A stretch of 64,000 bases of DNA from Octopus vulgaris (taxonomy: Eukaryota), in the NCBI GenBank assembly GCA_951406725.2, contig OX597814.1, forward strand, positions 214,458,001 through 214,522,000, given 5' to 3'. Both the position numbers and the translations under genes were made by a program. The notes beneath the pieces are model-generated. The model made no database searches, was not told the DNA's origin, and saw only the letters and a list, made by a program, of their open reading frames with translations. Of this stretch, positions 36,552 through 49,579 are shown one piece after another (positions within the stretch are counted from its first letter, which is position 1; every line of letters starts with the position of its first letter).

Positions 36552-36948
36552 TCTTTATATATAAAAGTAAGGTTGGGCGCTGTCTGTCTCCTACGATTTA
36601 GATTCCTAACTACTCCCATATTTCACGGTGCAGTTTAACCAAAATCGGGTATCTTATAGTCGTGATTCATATCGAGCCCTTCTGGGTATTAGCGCGCGTC
36701 TACGATGAGTCTACGATTTAAAAAAAAATTTACCATAATTTTTTTCCCATTTTTAATGCATTTTTGGCATATATAAGGGAAGTAACTCTCTAAAAAATTA
36801 TTATTAAATCTCAGAACGTAAAAAGCTACAGTAACCCCCCCCCTTTGTGGTTAGCCATATTGAGATGGCTATTATACTTTACATCTCTAAAAATGCTTAT
36901 ATACTTATTTCCCTTACAAATCCGAGCAATGCCGGGCGATACTGCTAG
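36552..36948 (+). mobile_element. Non-autonomous Helitron-like element
   Basis: Starts A|TC-TTTATATATAAAAG. Ends with hairpin CCGAGCAATGCCGG, then GCGATACTG-CTAG|T. Confidence 0.75.
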
Positions 36949-38102
36949 TTATAAGTATAAAGAGATTATGATATAAATATCATTACAATATGGATGAAGT
37001 AAAAATAATTTTTTTTTTTACTAGATGTTAATTCAAATGACAGTATAAAGTGTTAATATAGTATGAAATGACAAAACAATGTAAAATGATTTAAAATTTT
37101 AAAGTAAAATAAAAGAATATGTGATGTGGTGTTATGGGTACTACCCTGATAAAATAGAGATATATATAAAAAAAGTAAAAATACTATAAAAAGTAAAAGA
37201 TATATAGGTTAAGAGTAGGAGAGAAATATATGAGAAGGAAAATACTAAACAGAATGATTCCAGGTGGAAGGTTCCACTCTACCATATGTTGGTTTATTGT
37301 TACTTTGGTTCTAAGAAGCGTGTGTTGTTCATGTACAACATATATGTTTCATTTCAGTTTGTGATAACCATCTGGATATTATTAGAAACGGTGTGTTCAT
37401 GAAGAAGATATGAGTTGTGTCTTTGGTATATACATTGCACTGTGTTCTATTGCCTTAGACAAGATCTTCCACTACATGCTGTATCCTTCAAATACCAAAA
37501 ATAAGTTATGTTTCTCATAGAAGGGTATCTGAATGAATGGGGATGTTAATTATATTTGAACTTGAAATCATTTGCAGTGAGATCAATATATACTTTCGAG
37601 AAAGAGTTGGTCATAACATTGCATTAATAAATAACACTTCTTATCGGTAATTTTATTTAATAGTCTGGGAAAAGTACAATTACAACCTGATCCATGTCCT
37701 GTTTACATTACTGATATTGTTTCTAGGTCTATCAGTTCTCTCTCCTTGTTTCTTTTCTGTGTATCTTTCTGTCGAAGAGTGTAGGCTCGAAACGTAAAAG
37801 ACTTGTTTTATTTCTATTCCTGAGCGCCATACTAATACATTATTTGTTTGTACTCCATCTGCCTTCGTCTTTTGTCTATTTTCACAAACCTTCCCGTTCT
37901 ATATCTATTTAACTTAGGTAAATTAGAAGAAACAATACTTCGAGAAGTGCAGTTATCTATGTTGCAGTTGACTTTTGGAGAGTGGGTTTATTCTAAAAAA
38001 CAACAGCTCATGTTTTGCATTAATAGTTATATTTTGAGTTGATTCATTGAATCTATCAGTATAGAACTTGTGTTTAAAATACTAGAAAATAATAACTATT
38101 AT

Positions 38103-38510
38103 AGGCGCAGGAGTGGCTGTGTGGTAAGTAGCTTGCTAACCAACCACATGGTTCCGGGTTCAGTCTTGGGCAAGTGTCTTCGGCTATAGCCCCGGGCTGA
38201 CCAATGCCTTGTGAGTGGATTTGGTAGATGGAAACTGAAAGAAGCCTGTCGTATATATGTATATATATATGTATGTGTGTGTGTGTTTGTGTGTCTGTGT
38301 TTGTCCCTCTAGCATTGCTTGACAACCGATGCTGGTATGTTTACGTCCCCGTCACCTAGCAGTTCGGCAAAAGAGACCGATGGAATAAGTACTGAGCTCA
38401 CAAAGAATAAGTCCCGGGGTCGATTTGCTCGACTAAAGGCAGTGCTCTAGCATGGCCACAGTCAAATGACTGAAACAAGTAAAAGAGTAAAAGAGTAAAA
38501 GAGTAAAGAG
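38103..38510 (+). mobile_element. SINE family A (small deletion after the B box)
   Basis: Sequence identity to the other copies. Confidence 0.9.
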
Positions 38511-38539
38511 TAATTATGAAAAACCTTGACAACTATAAA

Positions 38540-38990
38540 CACGCAGAAGTAATAAGGAATCTGACCTTTATTGAATAAATACTGAAAATGTTTGACACTG
38601 AAAGAATTTCAGATGCAACAGCAGTAAATTCTATGAGCTGCCCAAAATACACAACAATGAAACTATAAGTGATGATTGTAAAAAATCTAAATACAAACAT
38701 ATCAAAGTACCATCTGAAGACAATTTGATACTCAGAGGGATCATAGCACCCCCTGCATATGAAACACAGACTAAGAAACTGGACATCTTACTAAAACCTT
38801 TCTTAAAGCACATACAAAGCTTTTTTCAAGATGATCTGGATTTACCTGATCACTTATCAAACATAGTGAATCAAAATACAATTATTATTTCTTTTTACAT
38901 CATTAATCTAAATACCAATATTCCCCATGACTATAGAATAAATGCTATAAAATACTGGTTAGAAAGCAAGTTAAAAAGGTTTCACACATC
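38540..38990 (+). pseudogene. Penelope-like element reverse transcriptase remnant (N-terminal RT motifs)
   Basis: FYELPKIHN...LILRGIIAPPAYET...LDILLKPFLKHIQSFFQDDLD...IISFYIINLNTNIPH is a decayed FYGLPKIHK...LRPII...SFDV.NLYTNIPH. Confidence 0.8.
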
Positions 38991-39134
38991 AAAATGAAAT
39001 GTTACAATTTCTTTTTGTCTCTTAATATTTCGAAAAAGATTACAAGAATTCTTTTAATGTTATTGTGAATTTTCATTCATTTTTTGCTTTTATATACATC
39101 TTGTATGGAAACCACTATTCATTATGTATATATA

Positions 39135-39665
39135 TCATCATCATCGTTTAACGTCCGCTTTCCATGCTAGCATGGGTTGAATGATTTGACTGAGGTCTGG
39201 CGAACCAGATGGCTGCACCAGACTCCAATCTGATCTGGCAGAGTTTCTAAAGCTGGATGCCCTTCCTAATGCCAACCACTCTGAGAGTGTAGTGGGTGCT
39301 TTTACATGACACAGACACGAGGACCAGTCAGGTAGTACTGGCAGCAGCCACACTCAAATTGTACTTTTTATGTGCCACCTGCACCGGAGCCAGTCCAACG
39401 GCACTGGCAATGACCTTGCTCAAATGTTTTTTCATGTGCCACCAGCACAAGTGCCAGTAAGGCGACACAGGTAACAATCACGCTTGAATGGTGCTTTTAT
39501 GTGCCATCAGAATGGAAGCCAGTTTGCTGCACTGGCAACGATCACGCTCGGATGGTGCTCTTAGTGCTCCGCTAGCACGGATGTCAATCATTGAATTTGA
39601 TTTCGATTTCACTTGCCTCAACAGGTCTTTGCAAGCAGAGTTTAGTGTCCAATGAAGGAAAGGTA
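39135..39665 (-). mobile_element. Element with an RTE-like 3' end and (GAT)n tail (family F), with internal GGCACGTAAAAAGCACC sub-repeats
   Basis: Shared end GGCGTTAGGAAGGGCATCCAGC...CCCATGCTAGCATGGAAAGCGGACGTTAAACGATGATG. Other copies at ~7230-7490, 10505-10915, 11120-11287, 49020-49150 and 52575-52710. Confidence 0.7.
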
Positions 39666-40204
39666 CACACATATGTATGTATAAATGTATATATATTTGT
39701 ATATATGCATTCATGAAGAGCTATAACTCTATACAGGACCAAGCTGGACAAAAGTGTTTGCTGATAAGACAAATTATCTTATATAGAATTCTTCAGTATA
39801 ACTTGACTATAGAACCTATATTTCTAACAAAATATAGCACAGAAGACATTGCCTCGTTCCTCAGATCCCATACTTTTTTCTGGAACTGTTATCTTCTGAA
39901 GATCCTTTTCTAAATCTTCATATTCTTGCAGTTATAGACTTAGAGAAATGTTTATTATCTCAATCTCACTAGTTGAACAAAAAAACAGAACATACACGCA
40001 TGCATGAGTAAATGGTTTAGGAATTAAATTATACTCGAGAAATGTAAGAATTGAGAAATGTGTTTTCACTCTTTGTCTCCAAGATCATAATAAGTGATAA
40101 CGAATACGATCAAAAGAAAGGTATGTTGCTTCAACTAATGAGATTAAATTCTCTATGAACAGAAGCAGAAGAGTAATTTTTGAGATTAGCTATCATTACA
40201 ATGT

Positions 40205-40245
<41 letters not shown>

Positions 40246-40758
40246 CCACGCATGTCTACATGCATGTGTATGTGGGTTTGTATCTGCATGTTTTCATATG
40301 TACACTGCTTTGACAATGGTGATACTTGTTTATGTTTACCGTAAACAATATGTCATGTAGCTTGGCAATTTGTTGTGTGATTTCCACTCAAAGTACAATT
40401 TTTGTTTGACTACTATATTGTTGTATATATCAAAGGTACTCATTATCCTAAACCCAGGTAAATATAGTATACACAAAGGTGTGATTATGTTGCCCATATT
40501 CTTCCTTCTCACATTAATTATCTATTCACAATTATTTTTAACCGTGGTAAAATGACAAAACAACATGATCTCTATGGTAAAATGACAAAACAGCACGAAG
40601 AAAATTTATGCATATACATCCCTCAGCTTTATGGCACTAGACTCTGCCTACACATGAATGATACAAGATCAAAATCTTTGAAATGACTACAAAGCCAACC
40701 TTTACACTCACTGAAGATCTGTTGTGATGATATAACATTATGATATATATAATATTAT

Positions 40759-41132
40759 GGAGGCGCAATGGCCCAGTGGTTAGGGCAGCGGACTCGCGGT
40801 CATAGGATCGCGGTTTCGATTCCCAGACCGGGCGTTGTGAGTGTTTATTGAGCGAAAACACCTAAAAGTTCCACAAGGCTCCGGCAGGGGATGGTGGTGA
40901 TCCCTGCTGTACTCTTTCACCACAACTTTCTCTCACTCTTACTTCCTGTTTCTGTTGTACCTGTATTTCAAGGGGCCAGCCTTGTCACTCTCTGTGTCAC
41001 GCTGAATATCCCCGAGAACTACGTTAAGGGTACACATGTCTCAGCCACTTACACGTTAATTTCACGAGCAGGCTGTTCTGTTGATCGGATCAACCGGAAC
41101 CCTCGTCGTCGTAACCGACGGAGTGCTTCCAC
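40759..41132 (+). mobile_element. tRNA-derived SINE family D1
   Basis: Head GGAGGCGCAATGGCCCAGTGGTTAGGGCAGCGGACTC...GGTTTCGATTCCC; CpG-rich body. Confidence 0.8.
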
Positions 41133-41489
41133 ATAATATTATGATATCTGCATCCAAAAGACTGCATTTGCTTTTCAGTGAGAGAAAATATTGAGATCTC
41201 TAATAAGTTCCTGACTATCTACAAATCACAAATGCAATCCATATTGGAATAATGTTCGCATGTATGGAGTGTTGCAACTGCCATATTCCTAAGTAACTTA
41301 AATTACTTGTAAATATAAAGATATTTGTTTATTTGTCAAAGATTCCATTACCAATGCCCTACACCTATCTCTTTCAAAAATGTACAGTTTTTCTCCTTTG
41401 CATCTTTTATCATTGTTACATGGGGTGCTATGAGTCAATGTCAAAACATCTACATGGTCAACTGACCTGATAGAATTATAATAATATAA

Positions 41490-41835
41490 TAATAATAATG
41501 AAATTATTGTATACAGTGCTCAGGTGCACCACAACTTGTCAGAGTATATGCAGTAATGTACAAATGTCTGGGAAGTGAACAGTGTATGAGTCAGATACAT
41601 GCTTGTGTGTGTATGGAGGGGAGAAAATCAGGTGTAGTGTTGGCGAATCTCAGAAAGCATGGAAGTTTTGAAGGATGCAGTGCTCCGACAACTAACAACT
41701 GATGCCGGGAGTTTGTTCCATACTTCAGCAACTCTTAGCACGAAAAAATGTTTCTGAAAGTCATGGGAGCTGTGCTGTTTTCTGACTTTGTAAATATGTC
41801 CACGGGTGTTTGATGGGTGGAGTTTGAAAACAGCC
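41490..41835 (-). pseudogene. CR1-clade LINE 3' end
   Basis: SNTRGHIYKVRKQHSSHDFQKHFFVLRVAEVWNKLPASVVSC..TASFK, followed by a 3' UTR and an (ATT)n tail. Confidence 0.8.
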
Positions 41836-42817
41836 AAATCATCTTTAAAAATCACACTATATTGTCTTTAACATAAATCACAATGGAAAAATGCTGCCTT
41901 GGATACGTTGAATCAGAAAAGATGACAGGATGACCACAACTAGAAAATTAGTCAAACAACGAAAACTCAACTAAAAAAAAATACAAATCAACATGAATAT
42001 CAATAGCAAATATAACAAAATTCAGAGGTGTAACTATGCAAAACAGGCAAAAAGAAAGTTGAAGAGGTACGGAGACTTTAAGCAGTAAGTTTAGCATGGA
42101 GGCCCTTGTTCTAGACATCAATAAAAGTTTTATGATGTCAAGGGAAATCACATATGTTTAGTTAGCCAAATATTAGGAAATTCAGCTATTAAAGCTGAAC
42201 AAGTTGGTTGTATGAATCTACAAGCACAGTTCTAAGTTACTAATCATGATACATGTGCTACCATATTCTTTCCATTATTTCCTCTTGTTATTTTGCCAAA
42301 AGAATTCTTCAGTCATGAATCAGAAAGTAATGCACACCAAGATAGTATTCTTTCTTGCATGTGAACTGAAAGTATAAGTAATTGTTTTGGCTGTTTTTTT
42401 TTTCCTTTCGCTACCTTATTCCATCATAACATGGAAAATTTAAAAGAAAAGCATTTTTCTAGGTTTAAACCTAAATAAATTTGAATTAAGCATTCCTTCT
42501 CCTAGTCTACAAGAATGTTCATAACACACAAAAAAAAAATGCTTATATCTACAGTGGCAGCTGCTTCTTATGCTCACTTTGGGATGGAGTCTTTTATATA
42601 ACAATAAGCAGCTGATAATATTAGGCTGCAGATATAACATTACCTGAGCTTTGATTCTAATAAAGGGATACTTTTAAATTTATTTTAAATAATGTCTAAA
42701 GTCTACTAATTTTGATAACAATAACTGTTTAGTAGTAGTAGTCATGATAATGGATCATGGATAATGTTATCAAACATACAAAATAAGTAGCTCTCATGGA
42801 ACAGTACAATATATATA

Positions 42818-43050
42818 TATAATCAAAATAAGCAACAAGTATATCCGAGGTAATGTGGTACGATTGTTTCATGTGGTACGAGGTAATGTGGTACGATCGT
42901 ACCACATTACCTTAGATATACTTGTTGCTTATTTTGATTATAATCACCCCATGGATTTATATGGATAATACCATACAAAATTCTTGTGCATTTGACTTAA
43001 GTACCATATTCACCTGAATCTAAATTTTGCTGAACTTACATATATATATA
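42818..43050 (+). mobile_element. Copy of the ~7530-7750 element with a snap-back inverted 5' end
   Basis: 42897-43050 is the reverse complement of ~7533-7672; 42818-42863 is the inverse of 42897-42942. Confidence 0.8.
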
Positions 43051-43577
43051 TATGTATATATAATTTTATTGATATTTAGCAGAATCAACAGGGTGATTCC
43101 AGGTCCAAGAGTTTTGTGCACTGGCACTTATCAAACTGTTTGTACCAACATACCTGTATATATGTATATATATATATATAAATTTTCTATCATATATTAT
43201 GCAAACCTGAAATGCATGTATTAAATAATTTCAAAATATCACTAATTGGTTTGACTTCATTATTACAACTAATATGACTCAATACCAGCACAAACTAGCC
43301 AATCTTGACTCCACTCATGTGGATACTCTAACAAATATTTGGTAGTTTGTTAAATTTCATTTGAGCTGAAAATTCTGGTACTGTGCACCACTTTTTCATG
43401 AAATAGCTACACATACACACACACGCACACATGCACGCATGTGCACGTGCACACACACACAAAGATACATATATATATACATAAACAGATACAAACATAC
43501 ATGCATACATGCATGCATACATGCATGCATGCATACATGCTAACATATATACAAACATACATACATACATACATACA

Positions 43578-43609
<32 letters not shown>

Positions 43610-43744
43610 CCTACCTACATGCATGCATGCATACATACATACATACATACATACATACATACATACATACATACATACATACATACATACATACATACAC
43701 ACATACATACATGCATGCATAAATACATACATGCATGCATATGT

Positions 43745-44267
43745 CCTGAAATAAACTTAGAAAATCCCTCTGTTGTGGAATATATTCATAAACATCAACT
43801 TAAAGAATACTGGTGGAATATTCCCATAAAAACTTCTGTCAAATATAAACATAACAGGCCAGAATATTGTTGTTTGAGACAGAGGGACAAATGTATGTAC
43901 CATCATAGAGGTGAGTTGCTCTCCAGATATAAATATCTCTTTGAAAATCAAAGAAAAAGTGGATTCTATGGACAACTGCTTCAAAACCTCCAGTTTCTAT
44001 ATCCAGACTATGAATTCATATTCATACCAATAATAATTGGAGCACTAGGTTTCGTTAGTAAATGCTTAAAGGAGAATCTGGATAAACTGGAATTTTCAGA
44101 AAGAGTAATCAACTGGCTAATTTGTACATTACAAGTGCAACCTATGAGTGGAACAGTAAAAGTATGCAAGAATTTTCTCAAGTTCCAAATGTGAATTTGT
44201 CTGTGTTAACTACATCCCAAAGACGGAGCCTTGGATCTCTGTTGGAAACCAGCTCCGATAGAAGAGA
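43745..44267 (+). pseudogene. 3' fragment of a second RLE-type (R4-like) non-LTR element embedded in (TACA)n
   Basis: EYWWNIPIKTSVKYKHNRP(D)...YGQLLQNLQFLYPDYEFIFIPIIIGALGFV...GTVKVCKNFLKFQM*, a short 3' UTR, and (CATA)n on both sides. Confidence 0.75.
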
Positions 44268-44357
44268 CATACATACATGCATATATACATGCATGCAAGC
44301 ATACATACATACATACATACATACATACATACATACATACATGCATGCATGCATGCA

Positions 44358-44391
<34 letters not shown>

Positions 44392-44402
44392 CATACATGC
44401 AT

Positions 44403-44649
44403 ACATAAAAAGTAAACATGGATGGCATTTTAAGTTTATGACAGCTGTTTTTGGTAGAATTTTATTTATTTAATGCAGTCATAAAAGACCACATGATAAT
44501 ATATAATCCGCCATCATCAGGTAAACTTTTACCTGATGATGGCAAATTATATATTATCATGTAGTCTTTTACGAATGCATTACATAAATAAAATTCTACC
44601 AAAACAGCTGTCATACATTTTAAATGCCACTTGTATATACTTTTTATGT
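44403..44649. repeat. ~245-bp fold-back (3-4-nt loop)
   Basis: Centre CCATCATCAGGTAAA-CTT-TTACCTGATGATGG; each arm has CUGAUGA...aAAACAGCUGUC. Confidence 0.9.
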
Positions 44650-44898
44650 CTATGCTACACCAAAGCCCACCCCTGAGTTAGCTCTATGGGTTAAATTGGA
44701 TTTGGTACTTGCATATCTATGGGGTCTCCTATCAGCACTTGATGCAGTCAATGCTTATTTCAATGTGAGGTCTATGTTATTGTACATAGCAAATTTTGGC
44801 ATTCTACAAGTTAATGTGCTTTGATTCTTATGAAGTCATATAATATGTGTGTGTGTGTGTATGTGCATGTGTGTGTGTGTATGTGTATGTGTGTGTGT

Positions 44899-44934
<36 letters not shown>

Positions 44935-44956
44935 GTTGTATATATATATATATATC

Positions 44957-45167
44957 AGTACTGCCAGTCTGGCCCTCATGCCAGTGGCACGTAAAAGCAC
45001 CCACTACACTCTCGGAGTGGTTGGCGTTAGGAAGGGCATCCAACTGTAGAAACCCTGCCAGATCAGATTTGAGCCTGGCGCAGCCATCTGGTTCGCCAAT
45101 CCTCAGTCAAATCGTCCAACCCATGCTAGCATGGAAAGCGGACGTTAAATGATGATGATGATGATGA
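44957..45167 (+). mobile_element. Family F 3' copy
   Basis: Same terminal sequence and (GAT)n tail. Confidence 0.7.
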
Positions 45168-45189
45168 TATATAATCCGAAATGCACAGT

Positions 45190-46085
45190 ATTATATATCC
45201 ATCATGGCTGATCTTACCAATCAGTTTGATGCAAGGAGTGTTAGGTAACAATCCGATTATATAACCTTACACTCATCAGAGTTAGCTGATATGGAAGGGA
45301 ATATAGCGACTGCTCTTTATTATCAGAAGTGAATTGACAACACCCTGTTTGTGTCTGATGTGAAAAAGGTGGTAAACGAAAAAGGGCAGGGAATTAGGTT
45401 AGGACTTATGTCCCTTGGTTGGATTCTCTGTAAGCCAGCAAGAGTTATCTTGAGGTGTTTGTGGGAAATGTGTACATTATTAAGTATGGTGCTCCTGTGG
45501 GCATGGGCTGTGTGACATGTGTAGTGGTGTCATATGTATAATTTTTCCAGGGGTGTAGGTATGTATAATTGTGTACGTCAGTCTATTTTCTTTCTGTATT
45601 GGTTAAGATCATCGGGAGGGGGGTTATGTTAGCGTGCAGTGAGTAATGTATATGTTGGGGTCTATATATGTGTGGGGGTACAAAGTGTGTGCAGAAGTAT
45701 ATGTTGGGGGTGGTGGGAAACAGTCTGTCTGGTGGGTGTCTGCCTTGTTTGCATATGCGTAGGTGTACATGGGTACATTGTTGCATACTCTGGTCAAACT
45801 CTTTGCTGGGCTCAAGGGTATTGGTAGAAGGCTGAGGTTGGGGACCTGTGGTTGTAGTCATGGTAGGGCATGCAGGTACGATTGAATGTACTTCCTTTCA
45901 TGTAGGCAAGGGTTAAACACTTCACTCCTACTATTCAGGGAAATATCCGGGCATTGGGTATCCTTTAAAATCCCTCTCTTAGTCAGGCACAACCTGCACT
46001 TCCTGCTGCTATTGAAGTATGGTTGACATTTCTCCAGGATCTTCCGATTCATGTGGTACTCTATGGTGCTTTCTTCAAAGAACAA
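45190..46085 (-). pseudogene. 3' end of a Penelope-like element: GIY-YIG-region C-terminus, 3' UTR and a decayed hammerhead-like terminal segment
   Basis: KILEKCQPYFNSSRKCRLCLTK..I......LNSRSEVFNPCLHERKY* (CxxC...LN.R.E...C.H.). Downstream on the same strand: CTGATGA(45279-45273)-GTGTAAGG...CCTTGCAT-cAAAC. Confidence 0.65.
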
Positions 46086-47342
46086 ATGTGCTTGGCAAGG
46101 GTTGGAGTGTTGTGTCTCTTTGGGATATTGAAAGCGGACTTATGTTTTTTAATATATGTATATATATATATATATATATAGGGAGAGTTTATGAAAAAAA
46201 CGAAAGACGAAGACAGATGGTGTACAAAACAAACAAATGAGTATAATGCTCAGGAATAGAAAAAGTCTTTTACGTTTCGAGCCTACGCTCGTCTACAGAA
46301 AGGTACACAGAAAAAACAAGGAGAGACAAAAAGGAGAGAAAAAAAAGGAGAGAAACAAGGAGAGAAAAAAAGGAGAGAAAAAAGAGAGAAACAAACAAGG
46401 AGAGAAAAAATGTGTGTAGTGGCTAACGATCTATCATGGCGACTATATATATATCATCATCATCATCATCATCGTTTAGCATATATATATATATATAAAA
46501 TACAAAATGGGACAAGAACGCAAAACATCCAAACAGTTAGGTGATACAAAAAAGGGACAGCAAAACATCCAGACAGGCGACACAAAGAAAACAAGGACGG
46601 GTCATTTGAAGCTTTCTTTCCTCAGTTGAGTACCAGATTATCTTCACAATTTCGGCTGATTATGCTCAAGATTACTCCAAACTGGCCAGCCCCAAGGAAA
46701 ACCTAAGCTAAGAGCATTAGATTCCTTGGAAGAAAGCAGTGAATGTATACAAAAACAAGGACGGGAAAAAACGGATGTTACACAAATACAATAAAAATAA
46801 TAACAGGACATAACAACAGGTGTCTTTTGACTAAGGATGAATTAAATTAAGCTGGCGTGTGTGGAAATGAAGCCTTACGGCAGGGATACGAGATTTCACC
46901 GGCACAGGGAGGAATATCGATGTTGCATGGACAACGGCCAGACCAAGAAAGAAAGGTCAGCCTTGGTTGAATGCCGGTGGTCAATTGGGAAGAGAAGAGA
47001 GAGAGGTAGAAGCAGAGGGACAGAAGAATAAAGGAGGGGTGAGAAAAAATGACAGGGACACAGTATATTCTATTTTCACAGAGAATTAAAAGTAAATCAT
47101 ATGAAATATTTCTTTAGTTCGACTTTTTGGTATATTGTGTGTCAGATGATTTAGCTTGAGGCTTATTCTGTTTATTTTTCATTGTTATTTTTGAAGTTTA
47201 GTTTTCACTCTTTTGGTTATATTAGTTATTGATTTCTTACATGGACACAAGGCTGGGGATCTGGGTGGAAGGAACTGTGAATTAGATTGCCTCAAGGACT
47301 TGAATGATACTTTATGTTATCAACTTCAAATGAAAGGGTTAT

Positions 47343-47720
47343 GAGTGGCTGTGTGGTTAGTAGCTTGTTTACCAACCACATGGCTCCGGGTTCAGTCCCA
47401 CTGCGTGGCACCTTGGGCATGTGTCTTCTACTATAGCCTCGGGCCGACCAATGCCTTGTGAGTGGATTTGGTAGATGGAAACTGAAAGAAACCCGTCGTA
47501 TATATGTATGTGTGAGTGTGTTTGTCCCCCTAGCATTGCTTGACAACCGATGCTGGTGTGTTTATGTCCCCGTTACTTAGCGGTTCGGCAAAAGGGACCG
47601 ATAGAATAAGTACTGGGCTTACAAAAGAATAAGTCCCGGGGTCGATTTGCTCGATTAAAGGCGGTGCTCCAGCATGGCCACAGTCAAATGACTGAAACAA
47701 GTAAAAGAGTAAAAGAGAGT
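47343..47720 (+). mobile_element. SINE family A
   Basis: Sequence identity to the other copies. Confidence 0.9.
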
Positions 47721-48505
47721 AACTTCAGAAGGATGAAAAGCAAAGTTGACCTTGGTGGGGTTTGAACCCAAAATGTAAAGGGCCATACCTAAATGCTAGA
47801 AGGCATTTTTGTCTGATAATTGTTAAAGTAGCTTTCCTGCCTTGTTTCATCCTGTTTCCAGAATTTTACAAAATATCTGAGTATATCTATAGAATCAAAA
47901 GATGAATGAGTTCCCATCTTAAGCTTAATAAATAAAAATAAAAACAAAAACAAAGCAAAAAAATATCATAACAGATATCCTATTTTCCATATCAATGGTA
48001 AACAAATTTAATCTAATAAATATCTTGTAGTTAGTTTAAATTGAAAAACATCTGGTTATCCATTTCGACTCTATTGAATTTCAATGAATAACAAAGCTAA
48101 TATTTGATGCAGTTACTCTATTTAACGGAAGGATAAGAGGCACTCATAGATTCTTGAAATCAGATGTCAACAAGATCTAGTCTGGTATCAGTGTTCTAAG
48201 TTTATTTATTTCATATAAATGTTTCATTTGTGGCCACACTTATTATTTAGTTGTGCGAAGAAGAACTTTTAAGGAATTTGGCTTTGATTGATTCCAGAAT
48301 AGTTATGTAGACATTTTTTTTTACATAGTAAGTCAAATATCAAATAAGTAAGTATTTAGAATGTTGTACTTAATTTTAAATTTGCCATGTTTAGTAATGA
48401 AAATACACATATTTTGACCTGTGTTGGTAGTGGTTTCAAATTTTGGCACAAGGCCAGCCATTTTGGGGGACAGGTTAAGTTGATTACATTGACTCCAGTA
48501 TTTAA

Positions 48506-48726
48506 CCCTTTTGTTACCAACCCGGCTGAAACCGGCTCTGGCCCTGTAGTACAAATGACTTATTTTCATAAGTTTTGAATTAAAATCTTCCACCAAACCT
48601 TAGTCACAATTTATGTTCCTAACACTAGCTGAATGGTAACTTGGTTATTTTACTAAATTCTTTGTTATATTGAAAGTAATTGAAAGAAACACAGAGCATC
48701 TCAAAATAAATGCAGTAACGAAAGAG
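48506..48726. mobile_element. piggyBac-type MITE; a 3' half-copy follows at 48861-48968
   Basis: TTAA target site on both sides, CCCTTT/AAAGAG ends; same family as 319-540. Confidence 0.8.
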
Positions 48727-49358
48727 TTAAGTCATATTATATTACTAATACCTTGAGAAAAAATTACGACACCTCACATTCTCTTTCTTTGAAATTCAAA
48801 AATTCAAGTAATTTATGTGATAAATTATGATTCAAATTTTATTTGAATGATCTACATTATCTAACACTAGCTGAATGATAACTAAGTTATTTTACTAAAT
48901 TCTTTGTTATATTGAAAGTAATTGAAAGAAACACAGAGTATCTCCAAATAAATACAGTAACTAAAGGGTTAAATAATACTTATTTTATCAACTTCAAAAG
49001 ATTGAGAGGTAAAGTTAACTTTAGCATTAGGAAGGGCACCAAACTGTAGAAACCATACTACAACAGACAGATGGAGTCTGGCCAGCTCCGTGTCAGACCG
49101 TCCAGCTCATGGGAAGCAGGGAAAGCAGACGTTAAATGATGATGATGATGATGGCGATGAATGTAAAGACAGATGAAATGCTGTTGAGCATCTTACTCAG
49201 TGTTTTAACAACTCTGCCAGCTCACCATCTTTTAATATCTCTGTTTGATACTGACTTGAGGATATCACCTATTAGACATTTAGTCGTGTATAAACATTTT
49301 AGTAGTTTTGAATCTTTTGGTATTCTTAACCTCTTTCATACTGATTTCTTTTGATTAA

Positions 49359-49579
49359 CCCTTTCATTACCAACCTGGCTGAAACCACTTCTGGCCCTGT
49401 AGTACAAATGTCTTGTTTTCATAAGTTTTGAATTAAAATCTTCCACCAAACTTTAGTCACAATTTATGTTCCTAACACTAACTGAATGATAACTAAGTTA
49501 TTTTACTAAATTCTTTGTTATATTTAAAGTAATTGAAAGAAACACAGAGCATCTCAACAGAAATATGGTAACAAAAGGC
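49359..49579. mobile_element. piggyBac-type MITE
   Basis: TTAA flanks; same family as 319-540. Confidence 0.8.

Noticed and set aside
40759-40835. tRNA genes at SINE heads (also 33464 and 61949)
   Set aside because: A/B boxes are present, but they continue into SINE bodies and I see no convincing acceptor stem or terminator.
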